From Coleofasciculus sp. B1-GNL1-01 (GTDB taxonomy: Bacteria; Cyanobacteriota; Cyanobacteriia; Cyanobacteriales; Coleofasciculaceae), in NCBI GenBank assembly GCA_040220235.1, contig JAVJTO010000094.1: a stretch of 64,000 bases of DNA; one strand, written 5' to 3'. The notes under the pieces are model-generated. The model searched no databases and was not told where the DNA came from. It saw only the letters and a program-made list of their open reading frames with translations. Shown here piece after piece: positions 1 to 10,590 of the stretch. The position numbers and the translations under genes are program-made. Position 1 is the stretch's first letter, and the number at the start of each line of letters is the position of its first letter.

Positions 1-2
1 AA

Positions 3-3000
3 TTAAACGTCCCCGCCGCCTTTACCGCCACAACCGCTACAGGGATTAGTTTTGGCGATAACCTGTTTAATGCTACCGGGATCAATGATTACACCTCTCT
101 GGTGGGAACGCCCAATGGCTTTGTCTTTAATACACCAGAACCCGGTTCTATCGTTAATACAGGCACACTGGAAGTCAATTCTGAACAGAATCTCAGTCTA
201 ATTGGCGGTACGGTTGTGAGTACAGGTGAATTAGTCGCCCCAGACGGTCAAATTACTGTAACCACCGTTCCTGGTAATCAGTGGGTTCGGATTAGCCAAG
301 CGGGACATTTGCTGAGTTTAGAGGTTCCGGCGGCGGCGACGGAAGTTCCATTTACTCCCCTTTCTCTTCCCCAACTGCTAACGGGAGGAAACGTTGGTAA
401 CGCCACAGGTTTGTCGGTAAATGAACAGGGTGAGGTTGCGCTTACGGGTTCAGGAATTGCGATTGACAAGGGTGATGTAGTTGCCAATACGGTAACGGGG
501 GGAACGGCGTTACTTTCAGCAGAGAATAATCTCACGTTGGTGGAGAGTCAGTTAACCACAACGGGTAATTTGCAACTCTTGGCGCAGGATACGGTACGGG
601 TGCGCGATACTGTGGCGAATCCATTTATTGCTGATGCGGGAAATGATTTAATTGTTCAAGGAAATCAAAAGGTTGATATCTTTGCCCTGAATCATGCCGC
701 CAGTGGCTTCTTCTCTGGTGGGGATATGGTCTTCCGTTCTAGTAATACGATAAGCGGAGATGCTCACTACTCGACAGGCGGCGATTTCCGGATTGAACAA
801 TTGGATGGCAGTGAAGGAGATTTAGAAAGTCCCTATGATCCAATTATTCTAGCTACAGGAAATGTCGAACTGGGAGACTATACGGGGGCTTCGCTACATA
901 TTTTAGCTGGGGGTAGCGTCAATGTAGGAAATGTTGAAATTACGGGGGCAGATACAGTAGCTGATACCATTAATCCCAATAATACTACCTTGTTTAACGG
1001 GACTACTGAAATAGGGAAGTTGGCAACAGTCAACTTGTCAAATGGTGAATCAGTGATAATTAACGGCAATCAGCAACCAACATTAGACATTAGAGCAGGC
1101 GTAGATTGGTCACTCTTAGGAGGAGTACCAACTGTTACTTCACCGATAGACTCAACTAATCAATTTACAGGTGATAACCAACCTCCCACTTTTCCGGGAA
1201 CAGTTACCAATGCAAATATTGATATCGGCAGTATTAAGATTGCCATTAATCAACCGGATGGAGTGGTATTGTTAACCAATCAGTACAATCCAAATGATTT
1301 AGGTGGAAATATTCAAATTGGAGCAATCAATGTAAGCAACGATTTGGGTAATGCTGGATCTGTTACTATTGACTCTCGTGAAAATATTGGAACTGCTTCA
1401 ATTAAATCGAGAGCAAATGTGAGTGGTGATGGGGGTGCTATAATCCTTAATGCCGAAGGCAATATTGACATTGAAAACGCTAGTGGTAGTGATATTGATT
1501 CAAGGGGTGATAATGGAGGAAATATTACCCTTAATGCTGGTGGTACGATCAGGATGACGAATGCTCTTTCCCGAGGTAAAGATACTACGGGTGATGGAGG
1601 CGATATTACTATCACGGCTGGAGGAGATATTAACAGTGGCAATATCCAGACAAGTGGTGCAAATGGCGGAGAAATCACGATCAACAGCGGTGGTGTAATT
1701 GACACCACAGGTCCGCTAGGAAATGAAGGAACAATAGAATCCTGTAGTAATATTACCTGTGATGGTGCGGGTGAAAGTGGCGATATTGCCGTTGAAGCAA
1801 CCAGCATTATTACCCGGGGCATTCAGTCAAATGGTGACTTAGATGGTAACATTAACCTGACCAGCAATGAAATTCAGCTTAAGCCCGCAGAAGTACCTGC
1901 AAATAGACCTGAAGTTCCCTTTATTAGAGGAACTGGAACGCTTCGGCTTCAGCCATTGGATATAGAAACAATAACTGTAAACACAGGAAGCAATGATCTA
2001 ATCTTAGATAACCCTCTCCAGCTTGGGGGCAATATCAGTTTCAATACGAGTGGTGGTAATGTTACCTTGAATGGCACGGTTGATGGAGAATATGATTTAA
2101 GTTTAAATACGGACACGGGGACAGCACTATTTAATGGGATTGTTGGCAGTCTGAATTCCTTAAATATTATCAGCACAGACGCTAACGGAAAAACGATCAT
2201 CAATCGTGATATAACTGCCAACCAGCTAGAATTCAACAACATGGTAGAAGTGCTGTCGAATTCAACATTAACGTTGACCCAAAGCGGAATGCAGCCTCCT
2301 CCAGCAATCGACTTTATGTCAAGTGTTGAATTAAAGGCTGATCTGACGATAAGCACGATTAGAAATAGTCAAATTAACTTTAATAGCACGGTTGATGGGA
2401 CGTATGATTTGACCGTATTAAATCCAGGAGAAACGACATTTACAGCTGAAGTTGGCAGCATCAGCCGTTTGAATACCCTTAGGACAGATAACGAGGGAAC
2501 AACCCAAATCAATAACAATATTACCGCTAATCAAATCGACATCCAAGATGCAGTCGAGGTGCTGTCCGACTTATCGTTAACGGCGGATGAAATTGAATTC
2601 GGCTCAACGATTACGGGAACCAATCAAAATCTGATCCTTCAATCGTCAAATACTACTGATATCTTTAGCCTAGTCGGATCAGGGACATCCTCCGAGGAAG
2701 CGGGATTCCAAGATGGTTTCGAGAGTCTGACAATTCGCAGTACGAATAGCGGCGGACAAATTGATTTAAGCAATCTCACGTTCAGTGATCCCGTAACAAT
2801 TCAAATGCCTGATGGTGTGATCGCAATTAATGGCAAGATTACGGGTATAGATGATGCTTCAATTACACTCAACAGTGCCACCACTAACTTAAATGCCGAT
2901 ATCACGACTGTAGATGGTAGTATAGCGTTTAATGCAGACAACGTTAGACTGGGTAATAATGTTACTCTCAGCAGTGGTAGTAACCCAATTCGCTTTCAAG

Positions 3001-5960
3001 GTACGGTTGATGGCAATCATGATTTGACACTATTGAGTTCGGGTACAACAACCTTTGGCGGTGCGGTTGGTGGTTCTACCCGACTGAATAGTCTCACGAC
3101 AGATTCTGGCGGAATAACTCAATTCCAGGGGAACGTTACGGCAAATCGCTTGGATTTACAAGATCGGGTAGATGTGCTATCCAATTTATCCCTAACCGCC
3201 GCAGAAATTGACTTGAATTCAATTGAGACAAGCACCAATCAAACCCTGACACTGCAACCTCTAAATCCGAACCAAGACTTTAGTGTAAATGGTGGGATAT
3301 TCAAAGACGGTTTCCAGAGTATAACCATTGGACAAGAATCAGGGAGTGGCACAATTACACTGGATGATAATTTTACATTCAATGATCCTGTGACGATTCA
3401 GTCGTCTAGTGGGGAAATTGTTCTTAATGGTATGCTGATGGGTGAAGATAATGCCGCGATTACCCTTGATGCTGCTACGACAACACTGAATTCTAATATC
3501 ACAACCTCAGGTAATAGTCTCACGTTCTTAGGAGACAGGGTTAATTTAGGCGCTGATGTTGACCTGAATACGGCGAGTGGTAATATCAATTTTAGTGGCA
3601 TTGTAGAGGGCGATCGCACTTTACGTATCTTCAGTAGCGGAACCACCACATTCTCTGGTGCTGTGGGTAGTATCACACCGTTAAATAGTCTCACCACTGA
3701 CGCCGGAGGAACCACCCAATTTGGCGGAGATGTTACGGCGAATCGTTTAAGTATCCAAGATTCCCTGGCTGTCTTATCGGATTTATCCCTAACTGCATCA
3801 GAGATTACCTTGGGTGCAACGGTAACGGGATCAAATACTAATTTAGTTTTGCAACCGCTTAATCCCACTCAAAAGTTTACTCTCACCAGAGGCGTGTTTG
3901 AAGACGGGTTCCAGAGTCTCAGGATTGGCAGGGAAAATGGCAGTGGCGAGATCGAACTCAATGGCAATCTCACCGTTAGCGATCCGCTATCTATCCTATC
4001 ACCAACAGGTTCAGGTTCGATCACCGCCACAGGTACAATTACCGGATTCGATAATGCCACAATTAACCTACTGGCGAATCAAGCTATTAATGTAAATGAT
4101 ATTACGGCGAATGCGGGGATTTCTCTCACCAGTAATCAAAGGGCTGTCACTACCGGAAATCTGAATACGTCGGGAGTGAATCAAGGGGGAGATATTACAG
4201 TACAAGCCAAAACGGAGATTCAAACGGGTGCGATCAATTCCAGTGCAACTCAGGGCGATGGGGGGAATGTCACCTTAGATCCAGAAAACGATATCGAAGT
4301 GGATTCGATTAATGCTCAAGGTGGCATCAACGGCAGAGGTGGTAACGTTGATATTACCACAGAACAATTTTTCCGCGCTACCGAGACATTTAGCGATCGC
4401 ACGGGTACAACCACCAGTATCTCCACCGCAGGCGGGAATGGTGGTGGATCAGTGATCATCCGCCATCAAGGAGGGAAATTGGGTATCCCCTTCACCGTCG
4501 GACAAGACTATAATAACGAGAATGGAACACGAGGCGCGATCGCAACCGGAAGCGATAATCAAATTACCGAGGGTTCCTATCCCAATCCTTATACTCAGGG
4601 AATTGCACCGAGTCAGATTCAACTGATTACACCAGAAACAAGCAGTGCATCGTCACCCGAAAATCCGCTGATTCTGCAAAAAGAGTCCCCCTCACAACCT
4701 CAGGTAGAAACCGACGTGCCATCTGTAACAATTGACACCGTATTTGGCACAATTGATGCGGCGTATACCCAAGAATTTGAATCCTATCTTGGCAAACCAG
4801 CCACTCAAATTCTCACCTTAACTCAGGCGCGTCAACTTTTGCAGGATATTGCCCAAGAAACAGGGGTCAAACCTGCATTAATTTATGTCATGTTTGTTCC
4901 CAGTAGCATCTCTTCTGAATCAGCTACCCCCCAAGACAATGATCAACTGGATCTCGTCTTAGTTACCGCCCAAGGAGAACCCATTCACAAATCCATACCC
5001 ATCACCCGCGCTGAAGTTTTACAAGTAGCGCAACAGTTTCAACGAAGTGTAACCAATGTCCGAGATACTAAGGGTTACTTAGCCCCAGGAAAACAACTCT
5101 ACGACTGGTTAATTACGCCATTAGAAGCTGACTTACAAGCCCAAGGCATTCAAAACTTGGTGTTTGTGATGGACAGGGGTTTACGTTCCATTCCCGTAGC
5201 CGCCCTACACAATGAACAACAATTCTTGATCGAGAATTATAGTGTAGGAATTATGCCCAGTTTAAGCCTTACTGATACTCGCTACCAAAGTGTGCAAGAT
5301 ACCCAAGTTTTGGCAATGGGGGCAGAACGATTTAGCGATAAAAAGCCGTTACCCGCCGTTCCCGTGGAATTAGAAGCGATTACCCAGAAACTATGGCAAG
5401 GTCAATTTTTCCTAGATGAAGGCTTTACTCTAGATAATCTGAAAGCCCAACGGAAAAAACAACCCTTTGGGATTATTCACCTCGCCACCCATGCCGATTT
5501 TCGTCCCGGTGCGATCAGCAATTCCTACATCCAGTTATGGAATAGTAAGCTACGCCTTGATCAATTGCCAGAATTAGGATGGAATGATCCTCCTGTAGAA
5601 TTACTGGTACTCAGTGCTTGTCGTACTGCATTAGGGGATGAAAACGCCGAATTAGGCTTTGCCGGATTAGCGGTGCAAGCGGGAGTCAAATCAACCTTAG
5701 CCAGTTTGTGGTATGTCAGCGATGAAGGTACATTGGCACTAATGACCCAATTTTATGATCACTTAAGAACGGCTCCCATTAAAGCAGAAGCCTTACGACA
5801 GGTGCAAATCGATATGCTTAAGGGGCAAACTAAACTGGAAAATGGTCAACTGATTACGTCTGCGGGAACGATTTTGTTACCCTCTGAATTGCCCCAATCA
5901 CAAGATTTAACCCATCCGTATTATTGGGCATCTTTCACTGTCGTGGGGAATCCTTGGTAA
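3..5960 (+). CDS. Filamentous haemagglutinin/TPS-type beta-helix protein with C-terminal CHAT (caspase-like) domain; 5' end lies upstream of the window
   Basis: Frame is open from base 3 (LNVPAAFTATTATGISFG, matching the paralog at 25177). Long G/N/T-rich beta-helix repeats. CHAT motifs IIHLATHAD, VLSACRT, HPYYWASF. Confidence 0.9.
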   Translation, partial: LNVPAAFTATTATGISFGDNLFNATGINDYTSLVGTPNGFVFNTPEPGSIVNTGTLEVNSEQNLSLIGGTVVSTGELVAPDGQITVTTVPGNQWVRISQAGHLLSLEVPAAATEVPFTPLSLPQLLTGGNVGNATGLSVNEQGEVALTGSGIAIDKGDVVANTVTGGTALLSAENNLTLVESQLTTTGNLQLLAQDTVRVRDTVANPFIADAGNDLIVQGNQKVDIFALNHAASGFFSGGDMVFRSSNTISGDAHYSTGGDFRIEQLDGSEGDLESPYDPIILATGNVELGDYTGASLHILAGGSVNVGNVEITGADTVADTINPNNTTLFNGTTEIGKLATVNLSNGESVIINGNQQPTLDIRAGVDWSLLGGVPTVTSPIDSTNQFTGDNQPPTFPGTVTNANIDIGSIKIAINQPDGVVLLTNQYNPNDLGGNIQIGAINVSNDLGNAGSVTIDSRENIGTASIKSRANVSGDGGAIILNAEGNIDIENASGSDIDSRGDNGGNITLNAGGTIRMTNALSRGKDTTGDGGDITITAGGDINSGNIQTSGANGGEITINSGGVIDTTGPLGNEGTIESCSNITCDGAGESGDIAVEATSIITRGIQSNGDLDGNINLTSNEIQLKPAEVPANRPEVPFIRGTGTLRLQPLDIETITVNTGSNDLILDNPLQLGGNISFNTSGGNVTLNGTVDGEYDLSLNTDTGTALFNGIVGSLNSLNIISTDANGKTIINRDITANQLEFNNMVEVLSNSTLTLTQSGMQPPPAIDFMSSVELKADLTISTIRNSQINFNSTVDGTYDLTVLNPGETTFTAEVGSISRLNTLRTDNEGTTQINNNITANQIDIQDAVEVLSDLSLTADEIEFGSTITGTNQNLILQSSNTTDIFSLVGSGTSSEEAGFQDGFESLTIRSTNSGGQIDLSNLTFSDPVTIQMPDGVIAINGKITGIDDASITLNSATTNLNADITTVDGSIAFNADNVRLGNNVTLSSGSNPIRFQGTVDGNHDLTLLSSGTTTFGGAVGGSTRLNSLTTDSGGITQFQGNVTANRLDLQDRVDVLSNLSLTAAEIDLNSIETSTNQTLTLQPLNPNQDFSVNGGIFKDGFQSITIGQESGSGTITLDDNFTFNDPVTIQSSSGEIVLNGMLMGEDNAAITLDAATTTLNSNITTSGNSLTFLGDRVNLGADVDLNTASGNINFSGIVEGDRTLRIFSSGTTTFSGAVGSITPLNSLTTDAGGTTQFGGDVTANRLSIQDSLAVLSDLSLTASEITLGATVTGSNTNLVLQPLNPTQKFTLTRGVFEDGFQSLRIGRENGSGEIELNGNLTVSDPLSILSPTGSGSITATGTITGFDNATINLLANQAINVNDITANAGISLTSNQRAVTTGNLNTSGVNQGGDITVQAKTEIQTGAINSSATQGDGGNVTLDPENDIEVDSINAQGGINGRGGNVDITTEQFFRATETFSDRTGTTTSISTAGGNGGGSVIIRHQGGKLGIPFTVGQDYNNENGTRGAIATGSDNQITEGSYPNPYTQGIAPSQIQLITPETSSASSPENPLILQKESPSQPQVETDVPSVTIDTVFGTIDAAYTQEFESYLGKPATQILTLTQARQLLQDIAQETGVKPALIYVMFVPSSISSESATPQDNDQLDLVLVTAQGEPIHKSIPITRAEVLQVAQQFQRSVTNVRDTKGYLAPGKQLYDWLITPLEADLQAQGIQNLVFVMDRGLRSIPVAALHNEQQFLIENYSVGIMPSLSLTDTRYQSVQDTQVLAMGAERFSDKKPLPAVPVELEAITQKLWQGQFFLDEGFTLDNLKAQRKKQPFGIIHLATHADFRPGAISNSYIQLWNSKLRLDQLPELGWNDPPVELLVLSACRTALGDENAELGFAGLAVQAGVKSTLASLWYVSDEGTLALMTQFYDHLRTAPIKAEALRQVQIDMLKGQTKLENGQLITSAGTILLPSELPQSQDLTHPYYWASFTVVGNPW
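3610..3617. repeat. HIP1 octamer GCGATCGC (representative copy; dozens across the window)
   Basis: The palindrome recurs throughout coding and intergenic DNA, a known cyanobacterial genome signature. Confidence 0.9.
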
Positions 5961-6049
5961 AAACTGGCGGAAATTTTTGGCTGAGTCCCCCACTCCCCTG
6001 CTCCTTTACCTCATAATGAGAATTGGAGAGTTTATGAAGAAACGTAACA

Positions 6050-6334
6050 ATGCCTAAAGCTATCTGGAACGACACGGTTCTCGCCGAGAGCAACAACTGT
6101 CAGATTGTCGAAGGAAACTATTATTTTCCCCCAGACTCAATCAACCAGGAGTATTTCAAGGAAAGCAGTACCCATACCAGCTGTCCCTGGAAGGGTCAAG
6201 CCAATTACTACACCATCGAAGTTGATGGGCAACAGAATAAAGATGCAGCCTGGTACTATCCTCAAGCAAAAGAGAAGGCGAAAAATTTTGAGGGCTATGT
6301 TGCCTTTTGGAGAGGAGTAAAAGTTGAAGCATAG
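6050..6334 (+). CDS. DUF427 domain protein
   Basis: VEGNYYFPPDS, CPWKGQANYY, DAAWYYP and GYVAFW motifs. Confidence 0.9.
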   Translation: MPKAIWNDTVLAESNNCQIVEGNYYFPPDSINQEYFKESSTHTSCPWKGQANYYTIEVDGQQNKDAAWYYPQAKEKAKNFEGYVAFWRGVKVEA

Positions 6335-6335
6335 C

Positions 6336-6438
6336 TAAGCTGTCATGCATTTAAATTGGGAATGGGTAGCGAGCAAGATGCTCGCACTACACGGCTTTCG
6401 CCATTATTGACATTAAGGTTTAAATGCCGAACAGCTTA
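6336..6438. mobile_element. MITE-like element containing a GTAG REP hairpin
   Basis: Imperfect terminal inverted repeats TAAGCTGTCATGCATTTAAA / TTTAAATGCCGAACAGCTTA. Internal GTAGCGAGCAAGATGCTCGCACTAC. Confidence 0.6.
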
Positions 6439-6678
6439 GTATGGGTTTAGAATCCTCGCCCAACTTAAATATACAGCGCAAAGCGCTGTAATAAAGTACA
6501 GTAGATCAAAGTCCCCCTTCAGATCCCCCTTCCGTCCCCCTTAAAAAGGGGGAGACCAAAGGATGCTTCGCGTTTTGTTCCATGGGGATTTAGGGGGATC
6601 GACAATGTACCGCATAGCAAAGTAAACTGCTGTAACACTCTCTGTAAAACGCTACAGCTAGACCTGAATCCCTTCTAC

Positions 6679-7455
6679 CTACTTTTTAACCGCCCTGTCA
6701 CCCCCGGGAGTTTGCCAGTTTTCCCGATGGAAATTTGGCTGAGATTGAACCCAGACGTTTGCACCCGATTCAATTAACTCTTGCTCAATTTGCACCGCAT
6801 TCTCTACTATCGCTGCTGTCAAATTCATCGTCTTTAGATAGACATTATAAGCCGCGACTGGCACATTTAAAACAGAACTCCAGGCTTCCTCTTGTTGGTG
6901 AAACACCTGAATTTCTGGCTTTTGTTCAGGGAATCCCTTTCCTATCTTTAATCCACATAACTCAATTTCTGACGCCGATGGTGGTTGATCAATTAAACCA
7001 TGATAGTAATCTCCCACATTCAGCAATACGTCATAAATCTCTCTAGACAACCGTTTGCCAATGGGATGAGACAAATTACAGGTTAACATTGGCAGTACAT
7101 GCCAAGTTTGAGCGAGCAAATCTTGTCTAATGCCAGACACAGTAGCGGGAATCAGCAGATCAACAGAACTCAGAAAATCCGTGTTCAGAGAAAGAACCAT
7201 GACGGAAACAACTTGCCACTCCTCTGCGGCGACAGGCGATTCAGGTTCCTTCACAATCATCACATAGCGCGATGGCGAATTCCCCGCCAGAAACCTTCGT
7301 GCGGAATCAGGAAATAGATGCTGTTGCTCCTGTGGAGAAAACTCTAGAGGACTATACACCGAGCGATTAACCTCCCAGATTTCTCCAGGTTGAGGGGGTT
7401 GCTGGTTTAATGTTGAACCTTTAGGAAACCTGTATTCATTATAGTTTATACGCAT
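6679..7455 (-). CDS. Hypothetical protein downstream of the sigma-like gene (possible PemK/MazF-like fold)
   Basis: 258-aa ORF with a GEIWEV...RYVMIV...VSVMVLS pattern; co-oriented with 7789..8484. Confidence 0.65.
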   Translation of the reverse strand: MRINYNEYRFPKGSTLNQQPPQPGEIWEVNRSVYSPLEFSPQEQQHLFPDSARRFLAGNSPSRYVMIVKEPESPVAAEEWQVVSVMVLSLNTDFLSSVDLLIPATVSGIRQDLLAQTWHVLPMLTCNLSHPIGKRLSREIYDVLLNVGDYYHGLIDQPPSASEIELCGLKIGKGFPEQKPEIQVFHQQEEAWSSVLNVPVAAYNVYLKTMNLTAAIVENAVQIEQELIESGANVWVQSQPNFHRENWQTPGGDRAVKK

Positions 7456-7788
7456 TTGATTCTAGCTCCAGACAATACCGTACTCTGCTCTGATGAGAAA
7501 GCAAATCACCTGAAACCTAGCCTACTCTAAATTTCACCAAACGGCGTATAAAAATTGATCAACTTTACCAAAACTTCAAATCGTTAGCCCGGATAGATAG
7601 GGAGCCTATTAGCTTTGACATAATGGTCATGCTAACTTGCTCTCGTTGGGTTTCCTTCCTCAACCCAACCTACTCTCGTTGACTCTTCAAATCGCTAGCC
7701 CGGATGGATACACCTCATCGACTTATGATTGTTTAAACTTCCCTCAAACCCTCACCAATGAGGGATGACAAATGATAAATGACGCTCC

Positions 7789-8484
7789 TTACCAACCTTG
7801 AGTTGAGCGCACTCGCTGAACCTTTTGACGGCTTGTCGCTTCGATTTCAGATTGAACCGTTGCAGGTTTCATCAATCCTAACTCTTCAGCAAGGTATTCT
7901 AATAACTCGCGCCAACGTTTTGAGACAGCACCTTGAGTTTTTAAGCCCAAATCAGCAGCCAGTTGGACTTGAGTTTTGCCTTGTACTTTACCATACCAGA
8001 GTTTTTGATAACCCCGATTAGGATGACGTTTATCCAGCACGGAAATCGCATCAATGGCGCGGCTAACTAAATCTGCACGTTCTACAGTATCCAACAAATC
8101 CAACTTATCCTGTATCGTTTCCAATAAAGGCAAATCCGTTCCCGGAATGGTTTGGTCTAAACTGATACAGTTTTGTCGTTTTTCCTTACGCACCAAGTCA
8201 ATAATCGCAAAACGTGCCACCATTGCCGCCCAGTGGTAGAAGTCTTGGACATCCCCTTGGCGGAACTTTCCCGCCATTACAGCTTGAAATACTTTAGCAT
8301 GGGCAGTTTGGGCAGCATCTTCCCAGGAAACAGCCGTACCTCTCGTATTTTTACGGGCAATTCTTTCAATTCTCCGTTGATGTTCCAAGTGGCTCAGAAG
8401 TTGCCCACAAACCAGACAATCTCCCTTGAGACAGCGTTTTATTGGGTCTTCAGGAAGAAGAGCGTGATTAAATTGCTGAGTCAT
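7789..8484 (-). CDS. Sigma-70 family (ECF/HetZ-like) RNA polymerase sigma factor-like protein
   Basis: Region-2-like WEDAAQ...FYHWAAMVARFAIIDLVRK and SLD motifs; C-terminal HTH TQVQLAADLGLKTQGAVSKR. Confidence 0.7.
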   Translation of the reverse strand: MTQQFNHALLPEDPIKRCLKGDCLVCGQLLSHLEHQRRIERIARKNTRGTAVSWEDAAQTAHAKVFQAVMAGKFRQGDVQDFYHWAAMVARFAIIDLVRKEKRQNCISLDQTIPGTDLPLLETIQDKLDLLDTVERADLVSRAIDAISVLDKRHPNRGYQKLWYGKVQGKTQVQLAADLGLKTQGAVSKRWRELLEYLAEELGLMKPATVQSEIEATSRQKVQRVRSTQGW

Positions 8485-9189
8485 ATCCAGTCTGGCTAAA
8501 GATTATATTATGTGCCTTGTTTCGTCAAATGGGTTGACTGTGTAGAAAAATTCACGGGTACAAGAGACTCCTACACAGATGTGTAGAAGTCATCGATGAG
8601 CTGAAAGCATTACATCATAGCAAAAGTGTCGGAAGGTTGATCAAGAAATCACCAAACCTGCGGCTGACTAGGTAGAAAGACTTATGACTCCAGGCGGGTA
8701 GTTGTTGTTCCAATTTTTGGTCAAGCACCGGGTTCTAATCGCAACGACTCAACTGACAACAAAATTTTTTTCGGGGATTTCGGAATAGTTGGCTCTTAGG
8801 ATTCGTTACAGATCACTAGGTAAGGGAAGGGCAGCGGATGAGTTCCTCTCCTGCTTGTGCTGGTGAGCCTTCGCGAATAAAAATTAGTGGCGTCCAAAAT
8901 CCCAGCATTAGCGTATTGATTTTCATGATTTTGTCTGACAAAAACAGATTCTACTCATTACTCGCCAGAAGAGAGTTAATTTTACGCAGAACATTGACTT
9001 TGTTTACAAAATGTTACTTTGACTGCATAGGACATCGGTCAAGAAACCGGGTTTCTTTGGGTGAAAGGTTGGTATGGCGTTGTCATTCTCACGAAAAACC
9101 CGGTTTCTGGGAATACTTGACCGTATTATAGACACCTTGCGCCCCTACACTTGGATGTATCACATTAGCTTGGAAACTGCAATATAATC

Positions 9190-9519
9190 ATGCAAAACGT
9201 GATTTTGAATTGGTCAATCTCCCTGGTTTTATTAACCTTGACAGTCGCTTGCATGAGTAATCAGTATGTTCCCTATCGCCCAGTTATTCGCTCGCAAGAT
9301 GAGTTAGTGGTTTCCGATGCGGCTGTTAACCCAGAACACCAGGAAAATATCAAGCGAGTCTTTGATTTCTATAGTGTTCCTTATCGCGAAGAGAATGGAC
9401 AAATCCTGATCCCAGCTAAAGTTTGGCAAGATCGGGAACTGATGTGGAACTATACGACAAAGGCGAATGATTCGGAGTGGCTACGTCAACAAGAAGAAGA
9501 TGTTAAGTCCACGCCCTAA
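9190..9519 (+). CDS. Hypothetical lipoprotein
   Basis: Hydrophobic leader ending in lipobox-like LTVAC; 109 aa. Confidence 0.6.
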   Translation: MQNVILNWSISLVLLTLTVACMSNQYVPYRPVIRSQDELVVSDAAVNPEHQENIKRVFDFYSVPYREENGQILIPAKVWQDRELMWNYTTKANDSEWLRQQEEDVKSTP

Positions 9520-10513
9520 AAAATGTATTTGTCTGCCAACTCGCCGCCGTGCGCTGTTCAATCGCCGCCAATTCCATCTCATCCAATGGCTGAAAACGGC
9601 TGGCGACTTCCACATTTGACTCTAACTGTGGCACATTTTCCGCCGCAATTACCGCACAGTGAACCCCGGATTGAGAGAGAGTATATCCCAGCGCCTGGTG
9701 CATCCCGTCTAAAGCACCGGATTTAAACAACCGCCCATAAGCCGGGACTTTCATGGCAATCACACCCACCTTTTGCTTTCGCGCCACGGGTAAAACGGTG
9801 GGAATAAAGGGACGGGGGTGATGTTTATCCGCCGCATTAATACAGACCAGAGTAGTATCAAAGGGATAACGCTGCAATCCAGCCGCAATCACATCGGGTT
9901 CGTGGTGTCCAGTAATCCCAGAGTATTTAATCAAGTTTTGGGCTTTGGCTTCTTCGATCGCTTTAGCCGCCCCCGTTGAACTAAAAATCGTATCGAGTTC
10001 TTCGTGAAACGAGACGTGGTGCAATTGCCACAAGTCCAAATAATCGGTATTCAAGCGTTTGAGCGATCGCTCCAACTCCCGCCACGCCCCATCGCGATCG
10101 CGGGCGGCGCTTTTACTGGCGAGAAATACCTGCTGTCGGTAGTTTGGTAAGATTTTACCGAGATAATCTTCACTCGGTCCATAACTCGCCGCCGTATCAA
10201 AGTAACGGATTCCTAATTCTAACGCCCGTTGAATAATCGCCAACGCCTCAGCTTCCTGGTTCGGTTTGGATAAGGGTGTCTTCCCTGCCCCTCCTAAGCC
10301 TAAAATAGGCACAGAAACCCCTGTATCTCCTAACATCCGTTCCGGCATTGTGGTGGTTCCAGAGACTGACATGGCGAGGGTTTCCGCTGACTGCTGTTGG
10401 GAAGCTGAGGATTGATGTTTTTTCCACGCCGCACTTCCCACAATTCCACCTGCTACCGCCATACCCGTTAGGAGAAATGTGCGTCGGTTTGTTTTTTCGG
10501 ACATATACTGCAC
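9503..10513 (-). CDS. Aldo/keto reductase with Tat signal peptide
   Basis: NRRTFL twin-Arg leader; GIRYFDTAASYG, SLKRLNTDYLDLWQLH and IAMK motifs. Confidence 0.9.
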   Translation of the reverse strand: MQYMSEKTNRRTFLLTGMAVAGGIVGSAAWKKHQSSASQQQSAETLAMSVSGTTTMPERMLGDTGVSVPILGLGGAGKTPLSKPNQEAEALAIIQRALELGIRYFDTAASYGPSEDYLGKILPNYRQQVFLASKSAARDRDGAWRELERSLKRLNTDYLDLWQLHHVSFHEELDTIFSSTGAAKAIEEAKAQNLIKYSGITGHHEPDVIAAGLQRYPFDTTLVCINAADKHHPRPFIPTVLPVARKQKVGVIAMKVPAYGRLFKSGALDGMHQALGYTLSQSGVHCAVIAAENVPQLESNVEVASRFQPLDEMELAAIEQRTAASWQTNTFFRAWT

Positions 10514-10590
10514 CTCCAGACTTTCTTCCCATTGTGCTGAGTTTGCTTAAATATGCAATAACTCAGGGGAGGGAACAGGAAACAGATTGA

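Noticed and set aside
278..4095. Antisense and alternative-frame ORFs inside the haemagglutinin-CHAT gene (likewise 26269..31040)
   Set aside because: Shadow ORFs of repetitive, codon-biased coding sequence.
8838..9131. 97-aa ORF
   Set aside because: No recognisable motif, and its 3' part runs through a palindromic repeat.
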